A DNA stretch of 64,000 nucleotides. It comes from Candidatus Hydrogenedentota bacterium. GTDB taxonomy: Bacteria > Hydrogenedentota > Hydrogenedentia > Hydrogenedentales > SLHB01. A model generated the notes under the pieces. That model searched no databases, had not been told where the DNA came from, and saw nothing but the letters and a program-made list of their open reading frames with translations. Position 1 is the stretch's first letter; each line of letters opens with the position of its first letter. Position numbers and translations under genes: made by a program. The stretch is from NCBI GenBank assembly GCA_963674865.2, contig CAXXYE010000004.1, positions 96,001 through 160,000 of the forward strand, in the 5' to 3' direction. Below are positions 27,329 through 35,906 of this stretch, in pieces.

Positions 27329-27641
27329 ATGGCGTGCCGAATAATTCGCCGCGGCCGTTCCATAATCGCTCCCCCTCTGCGCTGCTTTGCGGCCTCGGCA
27401 TCTCTGCGTTCAGAATTCTCCAACACCCCACCACAGAGGCCACAGGACTCCCCCAATCCATCCTCTTAATCGTGTAAATCCCGTCAAGACAAAGAAGTGC
27501 CCCCTTCATCAATCCCATCCGCCTTTATCCCCATCCATTGCTCTGACAAGGCGGGGATTCAAGGGCTCCTCGCCGGCCCTTGCGCGAAAGCCGGAGCAGG
27601 GCCTATTGGACCTCAGACATCTGACGGAAGAGGGAGATTCA

Positions 27642-27670
27642 TTGCGGCTCTCCTGGGCCTCTGCTATACT
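27642..27670 (+). promoter_or_regulatory. Candidate sigma70 promoter
   Basis: TTGCGG-17 bp-TATACT with extended -10 TG. Confidence 0.55.
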
Positions 27671-27714
27671 TGTTTCATAATGCGATGGGGCATTCATAGA
27701 CGGGGAGAATGTGC

Positions 27715-28812
27715 ATGTACAAGCTGGAGCAGATCCTCGCGCATGCGGTGAAACACGGCGCGTCGGATGTACACCTTACCGTAGGCAGCCCACCGGCCGT
27801 GCGCATCGACGGCGATATCCGATTCATGGGGGAGGACAAACTGAGCCCGGACGATACGCTCGTCTTCCTGGACGACATCATGGACGAGGGCCAGAAGGAA
27901 CGCTTTCTGAAGACGGGCGATGCCGACCTCGCCCTGAGCGTTTCCGGATTGGGGCGTTTCCGCGTAAACGCATTGCGCCAGCGAGGGTCCGTGGGCATCA
28001 TCCTCCGCCACGTGCGAGGAAAGATCCTCGACTTTACATCATTGCATCTTCCGCCCGCTATGGAGAATATCTCCGAAATGCGGCGCGGCCTGGTACTGAT
28101 CACCGGTACCACGGGCAGCGGTAAATCAACGACCCTCGCTTCCGTAATCGACTATGTCAACCAGCGCCGCAGGCTGCATATCGTTACCCTCGAAGATCCT
28201 ATCGAGTACCTGCATTACAACAAGAAAAGCATCATCACCCAGCGGGAAATGTCCATCGACACGAAGGACTTCTACGTGGCGCTTCGCGCCGTGATGCGTG
28301 AAGATCCCGATGTGATTCTCATCGGCGAGATGCGCGACGCGGAGACCTTTCAGGCGGCTATGTCGGCCTCGGAAACCGGACATCTCGTTTTCAGCACGCT
28401 CCACACCACCAATGCCATGCTCACCATCGACCGCATTATGGATATGTTCCCGTCGAACCAGCACGACCAAGTCCGCTCACAACTTTCCCTTCAGCTTCGT
28501 GCGTGTGTGGCGCAGCGTCTGCTGCCGAGCGCCGACGGGAAAGGCCGCGTGCCTGCCGTCGAGGTCATGATGAATAATCCCGGCATTTCCTCGCTCATCA
28601 AGGACAACAACGTCAAGATGATCCCCAACGCCATCGCGGGGGGCAAGGAGGAAGGATCGCAAACCTTCAACATGAGCCTCGCCAGCCTGATCAAGCAGCG
28701 CCTGATCACGGAGGAGGAGGCCATGTGGGCCTCGGACAATCCCGAGGAGTTGCGCATGAATCTCCAGGGGATCTTCTTGAGCCAGGGCCGCGGAGGCATT
28801 CTGAAGCGTTAG
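27715..28812 (+). CDS. PilT/PilU-family type IV pilus retraction ATPase
   Basis: ASDVHL, GRFRVN, GTTGSGKSTT, TLEDPIEY, REDPDVILIGEMRD, ETGHLVFSTLHT. Confidence 0.92.
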   Translation: MYKLEQILAHAVKHGASDVHLTVGSPPAVRIDGDIRFMGEDKLSPDDTLVFLDDIMDEGQKERFLKTGDADLALSVSGLGRFRVNALRQRGSVGIILRHVRGKILDFTSLHLPPAMENISEMRRGLVLITGTTGSGKSTTLASVIDYVNQRRRLHIVTLEDPIEYLHYNKKSIITQREMSIDTKDFYVALRAVMREDPDVILIGEMRDAETFQAAMSASETGHLVFSTLHTTNAMLTIDRIMDMFPSNQHDQVRSQLSLQLRACVAQRLLPSADGKGRVPAVEVMMNNPGISSLIKDNNVKMIPNAIAGGKEEGSQTFNMSLASLIKQRLITEEEAMWASDNPEELRMNLQGIFLSQGRGGILKR

Positions 28813-28822
28813 GGCGCCGTGG

Positions 28823-30100
28823 CTATCGGCTTCTTCGCGCGACGTGCGGGTGGTCGTCGTAGACGATATCGACGAGTTCGCCGTCGTTCAGTATCGACAT
28901 GCGCGCCGCTTCCATCACCAACTCGTTGACGCTCGAGTTCGCAGGCGTGGCAACGAGGCCCTTCTTGTCCACCGCGGTGATGATCTCGCGTCGCCGTGTA
29001 AGTGCCTCGTCCTCGCCCATGCCGCCCACCTCGTTTTCGATGGCGTGAATCGTGTTGATTGTCGCGGCGACTGAGGCGAATCCATAACCGACGGGCTTGA
29101 ACCCGTCTCCTTCCCAAGGAACGAGCTGATAGAAGTCTGGACTGACGAAATTGAAGGTTGAGCCGGCGCATCCGATGCCTTCGAGATACGAGTGCGTCAC
29201 GCCCCGGAACTGATCATTGTGCTTGATCATCCCCGATTTGCCATCCCCCTCGCAGAACATCGTCAAGCACTGCTCATTGCTGCCCGCGCCCTCGTCCGGA
29301 TAACCGAGGCCGTCGGTGACGGACAGAATCGCCCCATTCTCAAAGATTACGCGCCCGTTGGCCCAGATGTACCCTTCATTGCCGTTGGGGAACCGGCCTT
29401 TGACTCCGTTCACCGATACGGCCGCCGGCCTCAGGCCCGTGATGTAGCACACCAGGTCGACGTAGTGGCAGCCAACGTATACGAACGGATCGGTTCGATC
29501 GCACGTGAACCAATTCTGGAAATTCGAGGAGCGATAGAAGTACGGCTCGATCATTTTGGCCTCGCCCATGATGAATTCGCCGAAATGGCCCTGCGCGTAA
29601 TGGCGTTTCGCCATGAGCGCGCGGGTATCGAACCGCTTGTGATACTCGACTCCTACGAACAGCCCCTTATCCCTGGCCAGCGTCTCGATCTCGACCGCCT
29701 CATCGTAGCGCAGCACCAGCGGCTTGACGCATAGGATATGATGGCCGTTCTTCAGCGCTTCCATGTTCACCGCATAGTGAAGATGATCGGGCATGGCGAC
29801 GATCACCGCGCTCCGCGGCGGCATCTCGGCCAGAACCTGCTTGTACAGTTCGGGGAAGTTTCTGTCGGGCCGCTCTTCCAGTGCCGGATAGGGGGCGAAG
29901 TCCTGCCCCGGAAAGGCCTGTTGAATGACGGTGCTCTCTTTGAGGGCCTTGAGGGGGGGCGTGTTCAGTGCGCATATCCGGATATCCCCCACGACGCCGG
30001 TGCGCTGCAAATGGTAAACGGCGGGGAGGATAAGATCGTTGGTGATCATGCCTCCGCCGACGATGGTTACTTCAACACGTTTCCCGTTGCCCGTACTCAT
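28823..30100 (-). CDS. Gfo/Idh/MocA-family oxidoreductase
   Basis: IVGGGMI, PDHLH, CVKPL, HKRFD, CHYVD. Confidence 0.85.
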   Translation of the reverse strand: MSTGNGKRVEVTIVGGGMITNDLILPAVYHLQRTGVVGDIRICALNTPPLKALKESTVIQQAFPGQDFAPYPALEERPDRNFPELYKQVLAEMPPRSAVIVAMPDHLHYAVNMEALKNGHHILCVKPLVLRYDEAVEIETLARDKGLFVGVEYHKRFDTRALMAKRHYAQGHFGEFIMGEAKMIEPYFYRSSNFQNWFTCDRTDPFVYVGCHYVDLVCYITGLRPAAVSVNGVKGRFPNGNEGYIWANGRVIFENGAILSVTDGLGYPDEGAGSNEQCLTMFCEGDGKSGMIKHNDQFRGVTHSYLEGIGCAGSTFNFVSPDFYQLVPWEGDGFKPVGYGFASVAATINTIHAIENEVGGMGEDEALTRRREIITAVDKKGLVATPANSSVNELVMEAARMSILNDGELVDIVYDDHPHVARRSR

Positions 30101-30179
30101 ATTCCTCAGCCCTTCCCTAGAACGTCAACAACCCACCGAAAGCGCCCACCTATCAGAGCGCCCCGCCGCGCTCACCAGG

Positions 30180-31307
30180 CTATTCTTGCTTGGCCGGCTG
30201 GGAGGCGGGGGAAGATGTTGCTCCCTGCGTCGGCGCCGGTACATCAGGCAGGAAGGTCTGCACGCCAAGGCGCTGATACGCCTCTTCGATGAGTGCTTGG
30301 GCCTTTTCGTGGCCTTTCTGGGCGAGCAGTTGCTCGCTCAGGGTGTCGTGCGCCTCTTCAAACGACACGGTGACGGGAGCGTGCCGGGCGGCAACCGTCA
30401 GGATATGCCAGCCGAACTGCGTTCTGAAAGGCTCCGATACCTCTCCTATGGGAGTGTCCCACATGCGTGTGTCGAACTCCGGCACCATCTTGCCGCGCGG
30501 TGTCTGCGGATAGGTTCCCCCGCGGGCCTTGGACCCCGGATCGTCCGACACCTCTTTGGCCACCTCGCCAAAGTCTTCGCCGTCGTCGACAATGCGCTTC
30601 CGCGCCGTGTCGATCTTCTCCTTGGCGACGGCCCAGTCCGCCTCGTTCTTGCTGTCGACCTTGACGAGGATATGCGCTACGTCCGCTGTCTCCGGAGTCC
30701 CCATGAGCCCTTGCGCCTTCGCGCGATCATAGGCCTCCTTCAACTCCTCCTCTGTAACCGTGACGTCTTTGCTCTGGTTGTCCACGAGCTTGCCGGACAA
30801 AACCTGTTGCCGGACGCGTTCAGCGATATCCTTCTCCGTAAGATTGTTTTCCTTGAGGAAGTTCTGAAATTCCTCTTCCGAAGGGAAGGCGCTCTTGCCT
30901 CTATCGAGAGCCTCCTTGAATTCCTCCTCTGTGACAACAATCCCCAGCTCCTTGGCGACGATTTCCATGAGCTTGGCCCGAATCATTCTGTCGAGGAGGC
31001 GCTGGCGCATGGCGGGAGGAATCTGCGGCGGCGTAGCCGGTGCAGCGCCTGTACGCTGCTGGTACATGCGGCTCATCATTCTGGCGGCTTCCTCCTCGGC
31101 AGCCTCAAACTCCTCACGCGTGATCGTATCTTCTCCGATGCGTGCCACCACCTCGGGGAGAGTTTCTGAAGCGCCGCCTTCGATGGAGGGTTGGGCCGCC
31201 GGTTCTGAGGGCGTGCCGGGCTGGGCCGCGGCGACGGGCCCGAATGCGGCGGCGGCGGTGAGTGCGACTCCGAGGGTGACGAACAACATGAGTCGTGATG
31301 GGTACAT
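30180..31307 (-). CDS. Parvulin-type peptidyl-prolyl isomerase (SurA/PrsA-like)
   Basis: Signal peptide; HILVK, FGEVAKEVSDDPGS..GG, MVPEF, PFRTQFGWHI; AAGGAG before the ATG at 31307. Confidence 0.88.
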   Translation of the reverse strand: MYPSRLMLFVTLGVALTAAAAFGPVAAAQPGTPSEPAAQPSIEGGASETLPEVVARIGEDTITREEFEAAEEEAARMMSRMYQQRTGAAPATPPQIPPAMRQRLLDRMIRAKLMEIVAKELGIVVTEEEFKEALDRGKSAFPSEEEFQNFLKENNLTEKDIAERVRQQVLSGKLVDNQSKDVTVTEEELKEAYDRAKAQGLMGTPETADVAHILVKVDSKNEADWAVAKEKIDTARKRIVDDGEDFGEVAKEVSDDPGSKARGGTYPQTPRGKMVPEFDTRMWDTPIGEVSEPFRTQFGWHILTVAARHAPVTVSFEEAHDTLSEQLLAQKGHEKAQALIEEAYQRLGVQTFLPDVPAPTQGATSSPASQPAKQE

Positions 31308-31462
31308 GACCAAGCTCCTTGGGTTTAATGGGAGTGCGCCTGACGACACACCGATGTGGCCTCGAATGTTCTCATACTAATGGAGAACCGGCGGGTTTCT
31401 CAAGCGCGCCATCGCTGTATGTCATCGCTGTAATGTTCGCCGAGCGGCGTGCAACAGCGTGG

Positions 31463-32512
31463 CTAGGAAATGCTTACCTTCGTGCCTCTCTTGGCCGAAC
31501 GATAGATGGCCTCGATCAGCTCCACGGAGCGTCGGCCTTCCCGGCCATCCACGGCGGGGGGGCGATCCTCTCTTACCGCCTGGACGAAGTCCTCAATCTG
31601 TCTTCGATGGCCTTCGTGCTTGAGGTCGGCTGTGGGATCGCCGGCGCCGGAGCCGAGGTCCGCGCTCTTATCAAGATTGGCCCGGAGCGATTCGTCGTTC
31701 TCCCGTTCATCGCGAAAACGCCAAAAGCGTAGCTCACCCGCCTCCACCACGGCGCCGCCGTCCGTGCCATGGAGCTCGACGCGGGCCGGGTGGCCGGGCC
31801 AGATAGCTGTGCTCCCCTCGATAACGCCCAGCGCACCGTTCTCAAACGTGAGCAAGGCGCACGCGAGGTCTTCCACTTCGAGCCCCTCATGGCCGGCCAA
31901 CCGTGTCTGCGCCTGGACAGTCTTCACGGGGCCCATAAACCAAAGGAGCAGGTCGATCTGGTGAATTCCCTGGTTGATAAGACAGCCGCCGCCGTCGAGT
32001 TTCTTCGTGCCGCGCCACGCGCCGCTCGCGTAATAATCCTGCGAGCGGAACCACTTGACGTAGGCGTCACCGAGGATGAGTTTCCCGAACCGTCCCTCGT
32101 CAAGGGCTTTCCGGATGAGTCGCGGCCCATCAGCAAAGCGACTCTGGAAGATGCATCCGAGCTTGACGCCTGCCTTGTCGGTGGCCGCGATGATTCTGTC
32201 GATCCTCTTTGTACTCACCTCCAATGGCTTCTCGGCGATCATGTGCTTGCCGGCGGCCGCACAGGCCTCAGCCACCTCAGCGCGGAAGCCGCTGGGAACA
32301 CATAGGCAGATCACCTGGATGTCGTCGCGTTGGAGCATCTCGCGGTAGTCGGCATACGCCGTCGCTGAGTGGCCCTCGGCGAGCAACTGGGCGTTCCTCT
32401 CAATGACATCCGCCACCGCGACGAGCCGGGCGCCTTCGACTTGCTCGATGCTCCGGGCGTGGGTGGGCGCAATGGCCCCGCACCCGATGATTCCGAATCC
32501 TATTTCTTCCAC
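31463..32512 (-). CDS. Gfo/Idh/MocA-family oxidoreductase
   Basis: GIIGCGAIA, EKPL, DGGGCLINQGIHQID; GTG at 32512 after AAGGAG. Confidence 0.9.
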   Translation of the reverse strand: MEEIGFGIIGCGAIAPTHARSIEQVEGARLVAVADVIERNAQLLAEGHSATAYADYREMLQRDDIQVICLCVPSGFRAEVAEACAAAGKHMIAEKPLEVSTKRIDRIIAATDKAGVKLGCIFQSRFADGPRLIRKALDEGRFGKLILGDAYVKWFRSQDYYASGAWRGTKKLDGGGCLINQGIHQIDLLLWFMGPVKTVQAQTRLAGHEGLEVEDLACALLTFENGALGVIEGSTAIWPGHPARVELHGTDGGAVVEAGELRFWRFRDERENDESLRANLDKSADLGSGAGDPTADLKHEGHRRQIEDFVQAVREDRPPAVDGREGRRSVELIEAIYRSAKRGTKVSIS

Positions 32513-32840
32513 GCAGTCGTACTCCTTGGAAGACGGAGGCCGGCAGGACTCCTTCCACCCCATAGGACAAGCACGGTGTAACGTCCAGTGCGCATTACGG
32601 TAGAATACCTCTAGTGCCGCACGCGGCGGCACAGCCCAACACGGACAGTAACTGGGGAGACAGAAAGCCGTCGCGAAAAGGGACGACCTAAGGCCGCAGA
32701 CGACAGCATATCCCGTCTCCTAGTGTGCTCAAGAAGCCCATCCATTGTCAACAGGGGGCTGCTAGACGACAGCCTGGGGGTAAAACTCATAACTATGCTA
32801 AAATCAATACAACATCCTTGTTTGGGCGCAAAAAAGACTC

Positions 32841-32869
32841 TTGACATTTTCCATCACGGACACTAGCAT
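32841..32869 (+). promoter_or_regulatory. Candidate sigma70 promoter
   Basis: TTGACA-17 bp-TAGCAT in an AT-rich intergenic region. Confidence 0.55.
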
Positions 32870-32951
32870 GCGCCAAAGTGCTTGCGGAAACATGACTTAT
32901 GTGGTTAAATCAAGCTATTGAGCGGTCCATGAATTGGGGCATGAACCGACT

Positions 32952-35855
32952 ATGAGTACTATAGATTTAGAGTCATCACAGATTCGCCGTCCGCTCCCGG
33001 CTCTCGTCAAGAAGGCCCTCACAAAGCGAAATATCGCTGAGGACGATGTCCTGGTCGCTACGGATACGGACCTCGACATTCCCGGCGAATATTCCGAGCA
33101 GTGGGTTATCGTGACGAACGAGCGCGTCCTCGTCTTCATGGTTGATGAAGAAGAGGATGAGGCCCTGCTCACGCGGGAAGTAATTGTTAACGAGATCGAG
33201 ACGGCGCGCACCGACACGCGCGTGGGCTCGGGTTTCCTCGAAGTCAAAATCAACGACGTCTTCGAGGAACTCGCTCGCTTCTCAAACAAGAACGCCGAGA
33301 AGTTCGCACGCGTCGCTCACCGGCTCAAATCCCTCGCGGAGGGCAAGCAGGTCGAGGTCGAGGCCGAGGAAGAGGTCATCGGCCGCTGCGAGAAATGCGG
33401 GCGCCCGCTTCCCGACAAGCACATGAAGGTGTGTCCAAAGTGTGTGAAGCGGGGCACGGTATTTGTCCGGTTCCTGATACACACGCGCCGGTTCTGGCCC
33501 CATGGCGCGCTCGCCCTCGTCTTGGTGATGATTTTCAGCGTGATTCAGTTGGTGCCGGCCCAGTTCGTTCGCGTGCTTGGCAAGAATGTTCTTTCGCCCG
33601 ATCCCAAGCCGATGCCGCATTGGTTCCGCATCGTTACCGAAATGCTGCAGTTCGAAACGCGGGAGCAATACCTCTACATACTTGTCGGCGGCCTGGTGAT
33701 CATCACCGCGCTATCCTCGATCGTGGCGTTGGCGCGCGAGACACTGGCTGTCTGGATAGCCAACCGGTTGGCGTTCGATCTGCGCCGCCAAGTCTTCCGT
33801 AAGCTCGAGGACATGGCCATCCGCTATCACGATAGCCATCCCGTCGGACAATTGATGACGCGTTGCTCGCAGGACGTCGAAGCGCTGCAAGGCTTCGTGA
33901 ATCAGATGACATCGGGTTTTGGCTACCAGATCATACTCGTTGTCGCCGTGGCTGTCGTGATGTTCACGATGAACTGGAAGTTGGCGCTCTGGGCGATTGT
34001 CCCCGCGCCCTTTGTGATGGCTTCCACGGCAGTCTACTACCGCCGCATTGTGCCTCGGTGGCGGAAGTACTGGAACGCGCGCTCGAGCTTGTCCAACGCG
34101 CTTCACAGCACGCTGAACGGCGTCCGCGTCGTAAAGGCATTTGCCCAGGAGGCCCGCGAGGCCGAGCGCTTTGATGGATACAGCGGACGCTTCCGCGATG
34201 CCGGCCTCACCGTTGGATTCTCCACCGCCCGCTTCTACCCGCTTGTCGGATTTGTTTTCCAGTTGGGGAGTTTTGGGATCTGGCTTTTTGGCGGCATGGC
34301 CATTATCAGGGGCTCGCTGGATTTCGGCGACCTCATGGCCTTCCTCATGTATCTGGGCATGTTCTACGCGCCGCTCAACTCGCTCACGCAGATGTCCACG
34401 TGGTTTACCTCATTCACGACGCAAGCCCACCGTGTTTTCGAGGTCCTTGATGAGGAATCGGAGATTGAGGAAGCCGAAGACGCGGTTGACGTGGAGATCC
34501 AGGGCGCTATTTCGTTCAGCAACGTCACCTTCGGCTACGATCCGCACATACCGGTGCTTCACGACGTCACGTTCCGCGTGCATCCGGGCGAGATGGTTGG
34601 CATCGTCGGGCACAGCGGAAGCGGCAAGTCCACAACCGTCAATCTGATCATGCGTTTTTACGATGCGACGGAAGGCACGATTACAATGGATAGCATCGAT
34701 GTCCATCGTATCAAGAAGCTCTGTCTTAGGCGGCAGGTCGGACTTGTGCCCCAGGACCCGTTCCTCTTCCGGGGAACGATTGCGGAGAACATCACCTACG
34801 GCAATCCGCGCGTCGCGCCGGAACAGGTGCTCGGCTCGGCCTTGGCGGCCAATGCGCACATGTTCATCACGCGTATTCATGACGGCTACGACACGCGGCT
34901 CGGCGAGCACGGCTCGGGACTGTCCGGCGGCGAGCGGCAGCGCGTCGCCATCGCCCGCGCCTTGCTGCACAACCCCCACGTGCTGATCCTCGACGAGGCC
35001 ACGTCGAGCGTGGACACGATAGCCGAACGCGAGATTCAGAAGGCCCTGGAGGCCTTGAGCCTGGGGCGCACGACGATCGCCATTGCCCACCGCTTATCCA
35101 CCCTGCGGAATTGCGATCGCATCCTCGTATTCGAGGAAGGCAACATTCGCGAGCAGGGCACGCACGAAGAACTCATGGCCCTCGACGGGATCTACCGAAA
35201 ACTCGTCAAGATTCAGACCCAGCTCACGAGCGATAGTACGAGTATTAACGACGTCGCGAGTGCGGAGGTCATGGAGTATATCCAGCGGGACAGCGAGCAG
35301 GTGGCGGCGGAGAAAGCCGCGGCACGGCAACGGCTCGAGGCGCCGCGCATCCGCTACCTGAATCCCAAAAACCTGCACATCTTCTCCATGGATGAAGGCG
35401 GGATGCGCGTTGTGTACAACGATGAAGAGTTCGACTATGTCAGGGCGTATCGCTGCTTCCCTGTGTCACGCCCGAGCGAGTTCGTCGCTCTGTGGACGGG
35501 AAGCTCGGCGCTTGAACATAATGAGATCGGCGTCATCCGCCGGCTAAAGGAGGTGGCGCCGAGTTCCCGGCTCTCCGTCGAGCACGAGCTCTCGAAGCGC
35601 TACTTCATCCACTACATCAAACGCATTGTCAGCATCAAGGAGGAGGTCGGCTTCCTCGAGTGGAACGTCGAGACGGACAAGGGCGATATGGAGTTCCTTA
35701 CCAAGCGCTTCGAGCGCGATACGGTAGTCGAAGGGCCCGTGAACGCACGCATCATCTTCGATCTGGATAACAACCGCTACGAAATCGAGGATGTGGACAC
35801 GCTCGATCCCGCCAGCAAGGCGACATTCCTCAAGAATATCTACTGGCTCGACTGA
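32952..35855 (+). CDS. ABC exporter (TMD+NBD) with N-terminal soluble domain, Zn ribbon and C-terminal DUF1854-like domain
   Basis: CEKC..CPKC, GHSGSGKST, LSGGERQR, ILDEATS, AHRLST; tail RCFPVSRP...WNVETDKG..DNNRYEI. Confidence 0.88.
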   Translation: MSTIDLESSQIRRPLPALVKKALTKRNIAEDDVLVATDTDLDIPGEYSEQWVIVTNERVLVFMVDEEEDEALLTREVIVNEIETARTDTRVGSGFLEVKINDVFEELARFSNKNAEKFARVAHRLKSLAEGKQVEVEAEEEVIGRCEKCGRPLPDKHMKVCPKCVKRGTVFVRFLIHTRRFWPHGALALVLVMIFSVIQLVPAQFVRVLGKNVLSPDPKPMPHWFRIVTEMLQFETREQYLYILVGGLVIITALSSIVALARETLAVWIANRLAFDLRRQVFRKLEDMAIRYHDSHPVGQLMTRCSQDVEALQGFVNQMTSGFGYQIILVVAVAVVMFTMNWKLALWAIVPAPFVMASTAVYYRRIVPRWRKYWNARSSLSNALHSTLNGVRVVKAFAQEAREAERFDGYSGRFRDAGLTVGFSTARFYPLVGFVFQLGSFGIWLFGGMAIIRGSLDFGDLMAFLMYLGMFYAPLNSLTQMSTWFTSFTTQAHRVFEVLDEESEIEEAEDAVDVEIQGAISFSNVTFGYDPHIPVLHDVTFRVHPGEMVGIVGHSGSGKSTTVNLIMRFYDATEGTITMDSIDVHRIKKLCLRRQVGLVPQDPFLFRGTIAENITYGNPRVAPEQVLGSALAANAHMFITRIHDGYDTRLGEHGSGLSGGERQRVAIARALLHNPHVLILDEATSSVDTIAEREIQKALEALSLGRTTIAIAHRLSTLRNCDRILVFEEGNIREQGTHEELMALDGIYRKLVKIQTQLTSDSTSINDVASAEVMEYIQRDSEQVAAEKAAARQRLEAPRIRYLNPKNLHIFSMDEGGMRVVYNDEEFDYVRAYRCFPVSRPSEFVALWTGSSALEHNEIGVIRRLKEVAPSSRLSVEHELSKRYFIHYIKRIVSIKEEVGFLEWNVETDKGDMEFLTKRFERDTVVEGPVNARIIFDLDNNRYEIEDVDTLDPASKATFLKNIYWLD

Positions 35856-35906
35856 GCAGGCTCCATCTGAGAACCGCGCCCGGCCGCCTGGGCTTCTCTG
35901 GAGGTC

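Noticed and set aside
30039..31169. 376-aa plus-strand ORF
   Set aside because: Antisense shadow of the PPIase gene
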